From Octopus bimaculoides (lineage: Eukaryota): DNA of 61,952 bases. Location of the stretch: contig NC_068988.1 in NCBI RefSeq assembly GCF_001194135.2, positions 94,534,369 through 94,596,320 of the forward strand, given 5' to 3'. Both the position numbers and the translations under genes were made by a program. Within the stretch, counting starts at the first letter, position 1. Every line of letters starts with the position of its first letter. Under the pieces are notes generated by a model that did no database searches, was not told where the DNA came from, and worked only from the letters and a program-made list of their open reading frames with translations. This document shows positions 54,215 through 61,952 of this stretch, piece after piece.

Positions 54215-55554
54215 NNNNNNNNNNNNNNNNNNNNNNNNNNNNNNNNNNNNNNNNNNNNNNNNNNNNNNNNNNNNNNNNNNNNNNNNNNNNNNNNNNNNNN
54301 NNNNNNNNNNNNNNNNNNNNNNNNNNNNNNNNNNNNNNNNNNNNNNNNNNNNNNNNNNNNNNNNNNNNNNNNNNNNNNNNNNNNNNNNNNNNNNNNNNNN
54401 NNNNNNNNNNNNNNNNNNNNNNNNNNNNNNNNNNNNNNNNNNNNNNNNNNNNNNNNNNNNNNNNNNNNNNNNNNNNNTTTTTTTTTTTTTTTTTTCAATT
54501 TCCAATTTTTTCCACAGGGAATTATTTCGTTAATAAAATAAAATATTTTAAAAAATTGTCTGCAATTTTTTTTTTATTGTATAATAATTTTTGTCCAATT
54601 TGTATGATTATTTGGAAATTATTTACAACTCTCCATATATTTTACCAAAAATCTAAATTAGTTTCTCTGAAAGTTAAAAAAGAAAGTATGTAATTTGTAC
54701 GCACACACAATGTTTACGTACATATATCTGCATAATCATCTACCACATTCAGATGCACACACGCATACACACTCATACATACACAGATATATGTGTGGGA
54801 ATGTGTGCCTGCGTGTATGTGTGCTTGTATGTATGTGAGTGTGTGTGTGTCTGTGTGTGCTTTGGGAACGTCAGTGCTTATAAATATAATGGACGTTACT
54901 CAATATATATTGTGTATATTTTTTTAACAATGTTCCCCGCCTTGAACAGTAACTCTTGTGTTTGATTATGTCTATAGTTACCCACTACTTACAATCTAAA
55001 CCCAGAGTTTTCTTCCCCTATACATACAAATTAACTCATCCCCCTGTTAATCTCCCCATTGATAATCACAGTAACTCCTAGCTTTCAGATTCTCGAAATG
55101 GCCAGCAAATGTCAATTAGGAAATTTTCGTACGCAGCAATTAGTGCGTTACTCTTAAACGTAATCAAATTCATGCCAACAGCACTGTTTTGGATATTTAC
55201 CCGAGCTAAATTTATTTTTATTTATTCAAATTACAGTACCAAACATTTATTTGTAATGCTTTTCCAATACCAAAGAAAATATGTCACCTAACTGGAAGGC
55301 TTGGTTAGACTATACTAATCTGATGAGATTTAATAGACCTAAACATTTCCGTGGTTTTTTCCCCACAACATACTCTATTTGTCTTTTGAGATACTGATGT
55401 TTGATTTCTTGAAATTGCCTCCCGTTTTCTACGAAAATCTCAAACACTAACATTGTGCCTTTTTGAATGAGGTTCGATTAAATTAAAATTTCTGTGTGAA
55501 CTTTGAACGTACACACAAATATTTGGGAACAAATATATGTATATGTATATTTTG

Positions 55555-55876
55555 ATTAGTTCATTTAGCGTCCAGTTAAGAATATTGTAGCTGTAACTTA
55601 TAACTGGGACGGCTAGAGTGTTGATACGTATTATCTTGATTTTCGCATTGAGCACTCTTTTCAGTATTAATCTGAATCGCTGACAGTATTCTTTTTTTAT
55701 TTTCCTTTTCATGTGTGTGTGTTGTATCGTAATTAGTTCGTTGATTCCTAAATATTTCTGTCTGGCTTTGGTCTAATTCTCTTATTTCATTTGCTCTATC
55801 TAGTGTAATGTTGCTACTCTTGACTAGTTTTCCTCTTTTCAAGGTTGCTCTGGCACATTTTTCTAAGACATATTTC
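55555..55876 (-). pseudogene. R4/Dong-clade LINE RT fragment (copy B)
   Basis: LEKCARATLKRGKLVKS..I.L...EIRELD...KYLGI...MKRKIKKEY..R.RLILK..LNAK.KI..INTLAVPVISYSYNILNW...EL, read across frameshifts. Confidence 0.85.
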
Positions 55877-55879
55877 ATG

Positions 55880-56078
<199 letters not shown>

Positions 56079-56084
56079 TTGCTT

Positions 56085-57535
56085 TTGCATAGCTTCTAAC
56101 GCTGAAGATGTACTACGGTGTCCGCTGTTCACTACCAGTGAACTAACGTAACACCCCTTATTTGTCGAGCACCTTCCGGAGTATTCGAGCAGTTCCAAGC
56201 GGTGCTGTTTTCTACAAGTGCACAGAATAAAGACACCTTTTCCGATTTTAAATCACTTTTAGTCATCCATAGCCATTTTTTTTTCTTTGTCTGTTTTATC
56301 ATCAACATCTCTATGAAATTGTCAATGCATTCTTTTCTTTATCCACCTTTTAGTAATTTCATTCATTCTCAAGTCCTTTTACAGTGCTTTATCCTTGCAA
56401 TCTTCTATCCTACGCAAGCCTTCAATAGCGGTTTTGTAGCATTTTTTACATACCATGCTATGTTGTTTTCTTCTGCTCTAATGCTGTGTTCGCATCCAAT
56501 CAGTCCTCTTTCCCTTGTTTTTCTTGGTACATACATTTTGTCTGTGTTAAATGTTGGGTGGAGTATCCCATATCTACTCAACAACTTCGTTGTCTTTCTG
56601 TCTAAGTTGTTTAGCTCGTCTCCAAATTATTGCGATCACCCCTGCTCCATATATAAGGAGTGAAACCACCCAGGGGTTGATAGCTTCAATTTTATTCCGT
56701 TTGTTTAATTTCGACTTCAGGATTAGTCTCAGTCTGCGCAAGTACTTCACCTTAAATTTCTCTGTCATTTCTTTCTCCATCAATTTGTCCATTTCCAGTA
56801 TCCCCAGGTATTTATAGTCCGTCTCTTCTATCTGCTGCATAACCTACCCCGACGGTATCGACAGCCCGTCCATGCATTTGATTTTACCACTCTTCAAGAC
56901 TAACACACCATAAGTTTTCAGTCCGAACTCCATTCTGATATCAGCACTGAAAGTATACACCGTATCAACGAGGGAACTCACTTGGGATTCCTCTTTACCA
57001 TAAAATTTGAGCTCATCCGTGAATAACAAATGGTTGACTTTTTGCTGGCGTCTCTTGAATATATACGCGGCCTTGCTTTCCTCAGAATCAGTAGTAGTGG
57101 TATCAATCACAGTACAAAGTTCAGTGGGGACAGGCAGTCTATTTGAAAGAAGCCGCTCCTGATTCCTATTATCTATAAACTTCTTCCATACGCTGTTAGT
57201 TCCGTCCTTCACTTCGCCATACTTTTTCCAAGCAATCGCTCAACATTCGATGCAATACCAAATAGGTCATGTGGGAACATATCGTACGCCTTACATTAGT
57301 CGATCCATGACATGGCTAAGTTACTTTTCCTCCTCTTGCAGTCTCTAGGTACAGTTTTGTCTGCCAGGAGTTGATCCTTGGTACCTCTGCACTTACGCTT
57401 GCAACAGTTCTTCTCATATAATAGGACTCCATTTTTTGCCAGGTGTTCGTACATTGACTCTGCGAGGATTCCAGTCAATAATTTCCCCGTGAGTGGCAAG
57501 CAGGATATCGGATTGTAATTGTCTACCGTATTGTG
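56085..57535 (-). pseudogene. R4/Dong-clade non-LTR retrotransposon, 5'-truncated and internally deleted (copy A)
   Basis: [79 protein letters not shown] and C-terminal KTAPLGTARILRKVLDK*; multiple stops and frameshifts. Confidence 0.93.
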
Positions 57536-57554
57536 TGTAGCCCCTTGTGGACAG

Positions 57555-57780
57555 TAAAGAAATAAGATGTGTATATTTGTGTATGTCTTTGTGTCTGTGT
57601 TTGCCCCAGCACCACCACTTGGCAACTGGTGCAGATGTGTTTACGTACCAGTTACTTAGCGGTTTGGCCAAAGACCGATAGAATAATTACAAGGCTTAAA
57701 AACGAAAAAGTTCTGAGGTCGTTTCGCTCGACTACAATTCTTCAAGCGTAATGGCTGAAACAAGTAAAAGATAAAAGACA
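57555..57780 (+). mobile_element. SINE family A 3' half abutting the 5' end of Dong copy A
   Basis: GTGTCTGTGTTTGCCCC...GTGTTTACG...GACCGATAGAATAA...GGCTGAAACAAGTAAAAGATAAAAGA. Confidence 0.8.
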
Positions 57781-58953
57781 TTAAGACAGCAAATTTTACG
57801 AAACCAACTAAATTCTGTCTGACCAAACTACATACTCGACAGTTGAGTCGATCAGAGTTAATTTCTCGCTGGTTTAAATCAGAGGCCTACAATCGATTTG
57901 CGGTAGATTCCTTCTACTTTTTCCACATTGTTAATATCCTTGGGAAATGCAGAAACATCACAATTTATTTCTCCTCTCTTAAAAAGTTCACGCCCATTTA
58001 AGGATACCATATCTTTTCTGTTTTTTTTTTAGGGTTCATTGTTGTTGTTATTATTTTGTTGTAAGATAAATCGTCTTTGCAAGTGCATTCAGTCGTGTTA
58101 ACAGAATGAAAAAAAGGTGTAACAACTTTATATCTTAACTCTGCGCGAACAAGAAAACTACAGTCAACTGAAGCCAACTCCTATGAAACAGTTTAACATC
58201 TGCGCTTCCTTTTAGATTTTTTCTTTTTCTTTTTCCGTTTTTATCACTGCCCTCTACGCGGAGGTCACCATTTGGCTTCACCCTAGTTTATTTATTTATT
58301 TTTTTTATTTTTGCTGATCATTTTGCTTTGACGTTTCTTTATATTTTTTCTTACTTTTGACATTTCTTTTTCTCAACTTTTTCTTACACCAAATTGATTT
58401 CAGAAGTTATTTCTGGGTAAAGTACAGTAGTACTGACAAACACGTTTATTCAATTTGTCCATATGTGTATAGCTCAGTCTTTTCATATGTACTCATACTT
58501 TTAATTTTAATTTTCAAGCCAGCTGTGACTAGTCTTTATATATCACACAAATGTAGTTAGTCATCCGTAGAAACTCACGCCTAGGTTTTTGTCATTCGAG
58601 TAGACACCTGCTAAATAGTGCAAGCTAAACACTAATAGCCAATTTAGCCACCCTACCTTTCCGATAAGTGTGGAAAGAAAAGTCAAGCCAGGTCCTTTAA
58701 AGAAACAACTCTGGTGCTATTGTTTATTCATCTTTCACAATTCTGAGATATTAGGTCTGATAATGTTTTTAAGTGGGTCTTAGGATATAATTAAAACGGG
58801 AGAATCGCTGTTAAATAACTGATTGATTCGGTGACATTTTTGCTAAATTTAACGATTCACGTCAGAAAGTCGTCATGGCTAGGCTTGCGTCTTATCCATA
58901 AAGAATTCACAATGTTTTTGAAGTTTTAGCCTCAGTTTACTTATTGTATAGAC

Positions 58954-59247
58954 CAGTGGTCCCCAAATACTTCCTTGACAACCTGGCCGAATTCCTAGCG
59001 ACGCCCCCCCTCCCCCACTGCCACCACCACCAACACCATTAAATCGCCAACACAAATGTAAACCACCTTCTGAAGCAAATTCAAAACAATTGTACTTCAC
59101 AAATAAACAACCTAATTAACTAATTATTCTGGTTTTTTTTACATCCATGGCCCTTATTTGCGAGCCCATTATCGCCCCACTAGGTCTTCCCATCGCCCCC
59201 GGCGGGTGGTGGGGTGCCAACAATACCACCCGCTTTGAGAATCACTG
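58954..59247. mobile_element. hAT (Charlie-like) MITE
   Basis: TIRs CAGTGGTCCCCAAA / TTTGAGAATCACTG; 8 bp TSD GTATAGAC / GTGTAGAC. Confidence 0.85.
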
Positions 59248-60216
59248 GTGTAGACCAAAAACAGTTGTTTTATATTAGATTTTTATTTGCATAAACACTT
59301 TCGCTCCTTTATTAGGGATGAATATGTACTGACGTAGATTTCAGGTTAACGGAGTCACTATTTTTTATTTCCTAATCTTACTAATTCACTCTGGTTCCAG
59401 TTGAGAGATTATCATATCTGCATCTTATTATTGCAAATACCATTTCTATAATTTAATATCACAACTAGACTGTAGGGGGCTGTTATCTAATTCTTAACCT
59501 TTTGCTGTTTTATGTATTAATACAATTTCTTCTATAATATTCCTTCCTAAACTTTTCTGTTATGTGCCTGTGTTTGTGGGTGTGTGAGTGGGTGTGCAAG
59601 CGCGCGTATATGTTTGTGATGAAAGATTTCCTTAATTCATCTGTATTTGTAAATTGGTTTTATCGGCCGAAGTCTCTTAAATCTCTTTATCTGAGATGAC
59701 GGATTATTGTAGAAATATGAAATTAATATATAAGAGGGACCTAAATTGTATCACGAATAACGCCAGCTCTACATTTTCGGTAATCTCTGGGAACAATCTT
59801 CAATTGCAGGTTTCAGCAATTTCGTGCGGCCATGCTGAAGAGCCACATATGAGTGGGGGTGGGGTCAATCATATTAAACACAATCCACACATTAGACTGT
59901 TAAATATTCAATCTCTATTTGTCGATCTGCGAGGTTGCAGGGAATAATAGATTAAAATATCAATACCAAGAGATATTTTTCTACTAGTATCAAATACGTG
60001 TGTGTGTATGGGGGGCCAAGCATCAAAACGAGCTTAGGAAGGTGGCTCACATTAGACATTATGGGAATCTGGACACATGACGAATATCTAAGGGAGGATG
60101 AGAATACCCAAGTCTATCTGACCACAAAGGGACCAGATGACAATTGTGAAAACAAGGAAACTGAAATCGCATGACCACGCCACAGGAATATACGGCCGAG
60201 CTGTTAAATATATATA

Positions 60217-61115
60217 TCATATTGTAACCTCAAAAAAATCTGGCTTTGAAGATACTGCCTTGTTCATTTTATCAAGTGTCCTGTCCATTATGTCCCAGAG
60301 GTGTTCAATAAGGTTCATATCTGGTGACTGGCTTGACCGTGGAAGCTTCTTAATACCATTCTCATCCAACAAATCTTGGGTCATTTTAGCCCTGTAACAA
60401 GGAGCCCCAGCCTCCATAAATAAAGAGACTTCTTTAATCATTTCACCACTGGAGAAGATAGAAAGGGGTCCTTTCTGCAATAAGGACACATGATTCTCTG
60501 AGTTTATGCTTCGTCCAAACTCCACCAGCTCTGATCAACCATTGGTTCAAATTGCTCCCCAGACCATCACAGAATAACTGCCGTGTTTCATTGTTGGCTG
60601 CAATCTTTTCACATGAAATTCTTAATCACAGAGTCTCCAGACCCACACTTGACCACTATCAGGAAATACAGCAAATCTGGACCCGTCAAAGAATGATAGT
60701 GTCCGAAAATGCTAGTGGCCTCACCACCATCACACTGCCCCAATTATTTCTCCGCTTGATACTGGCTGGTCAAAGAAGTGGCTTTCTTCTTGCTGCTCTG
60801 CCATAGTAACCAAGTTCGTGGAGATACCTGACAGATGTTCTGGGACTGACATCAACTTGTTCTGCTATGTCAGAGGTCTTACAACGAAGAATGTCCTCCA
60901 CACTTCTCTTAACAAAGAGAAGGGTCCTGGTTGATCTGGGTGAGGTGATGTGGACTCATTTCCCTCTCTGGTAAATTGCACAATCATTCTATTAACTGTG
61001 GAAAGCGGGATCCCGAAGTTCTCAACGATTTTACGCTATGTCCATCTTGAGAATGACTCACAATGTGGCCTCTTTGAACTTATGAGAGTTCCAAGGCTTC
61101 TTTCGTACATGGCAT
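60217..61115 (-). pseudogene. Tc1-family transposase pseudogene
   Basis: N-terminal HTH (RGHIV...G.S..KI....[12 protein letters not shown]...G), GRAARRKPLL, SVMVWGAI, FMEAGAPCYRAK (second catalytic D lost) and SPDMNLIEHLWD; stops and frameshifts; TIRs not identified. Confidence 0.9.
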
Positions 61116-61304
61116 GATTAAACAGCCTTATAGAGTATCTGAAACATAAAAATGTCAATTAATAAAAAATATAAACCTTTACAAGTTAGAATAAAGCTAA
61201 AACGATGTTTTATTTATGGGGTGTCAATTTACCTATATATATACACACATATATAAATATAGCAGTGAAAGCACGCGATTATAATATGACTAATGACAAA
61301 CACG

Positions 61305-61466
61305 AAGAAGAAGACGAAGAAGAAGAAGAAGAAGAAGAAGAAGAAGAAGAAGAAGAAGAAGAAGAAGAAGAAGAAGAAGAAGAAGAAGAAGAAGAAGAAG
61401 AAGAAGAAGAAGAAGAAGAAGAAGAAGAAGAAGAAGAAGAAGAAGAAGAAGAAGAAGAAGAAGAAG
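61305..61466. repeat. Long, nearly pure (GAA)n tract
   Basis: Directly visible. Confidence 0.97.
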
Positions 61467-61905
61467 GTCATCATAAGTACTATTAAATTTCGATGTCATC
61501 CTATATTCTTCTCTTCTCAGTGAAATATGTCCTATAGCCAAGAATCGAAGCACGGTCCATCCGAGTCATCTTAAAACAGCAAGTGAGGACGAAATCTTGA
61601 CAGATGGCTGCAGCTCTACAAATGCTCGCCACCTCATCTATCTCATAAATCATTTGCTGTGATAAAAAAATAGTACAGGATACATAATACTAATATAAAA
61701 GACAAAGAAATAATAATACATAGGTTTCACAAAATAAAACAAAAGATGGAACAACGAAACAAATAAATGGATGCAGAAAAGTCAAACAATGGCAAATATC
61801 AAAATGTCAGAATACAAAACATATGCCTCTTGCAGTCACCAAGACAATGACAATCTGTTTGAGGGATCAGATAGAAATGACGCTACTGACCTCAGCAGTC
61901 ATCAC

Positions 61906-61940
<35 letters not shown>

Positions 61941-61952
61941 CATACACACAAA

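Noticed and set aside
55319-55360. CTGATGAGATTTAATAGACCTAAAC resembling a decayed hammerhead
   Set aside because: GAAA is lost, stem II is broken, and no stem I partner is found.

Overview
AT-rich, microsatellite-saturated animal genomic DNA with about 7.5 kb of N gaps. The SINE families and the (AT)n/(AC)n/(GATA)n load look like an octopod cephalopod draft assembly; this is inferred from recognised repeat sequence and was not verified. No host protein-coding gene can be supported: almost all long ORFs in the track are microsatellite or gap artefacts. Recognisable content is decayed mobile DNA: three tRNA-derived SINE families, R4/Dong LINE remnants around a (TAA)n tract, a Tx1/L1 3' end, a Penelope-like (PLE) RT fragment, a Tc1 transposase pseudogene, two hAT MITEs and Helitron/Helentron-like elements. 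The most interesting unannotated signal is a set of about 7-8 type I hammerhead ribozyme (HHR) motifs (CUGANGA...GAAA...NUH) with minimal or self-complementary stem III. They occur as an inverted pair in a ~390 bp palindrome, as inverted termini around a PLE RT fragment, as a tandem pair, and as solo copies. HHRs in PLEs and retrozymes are known in general; whether these particular arrangements are described cannot be checked here. All folds were done by eye.
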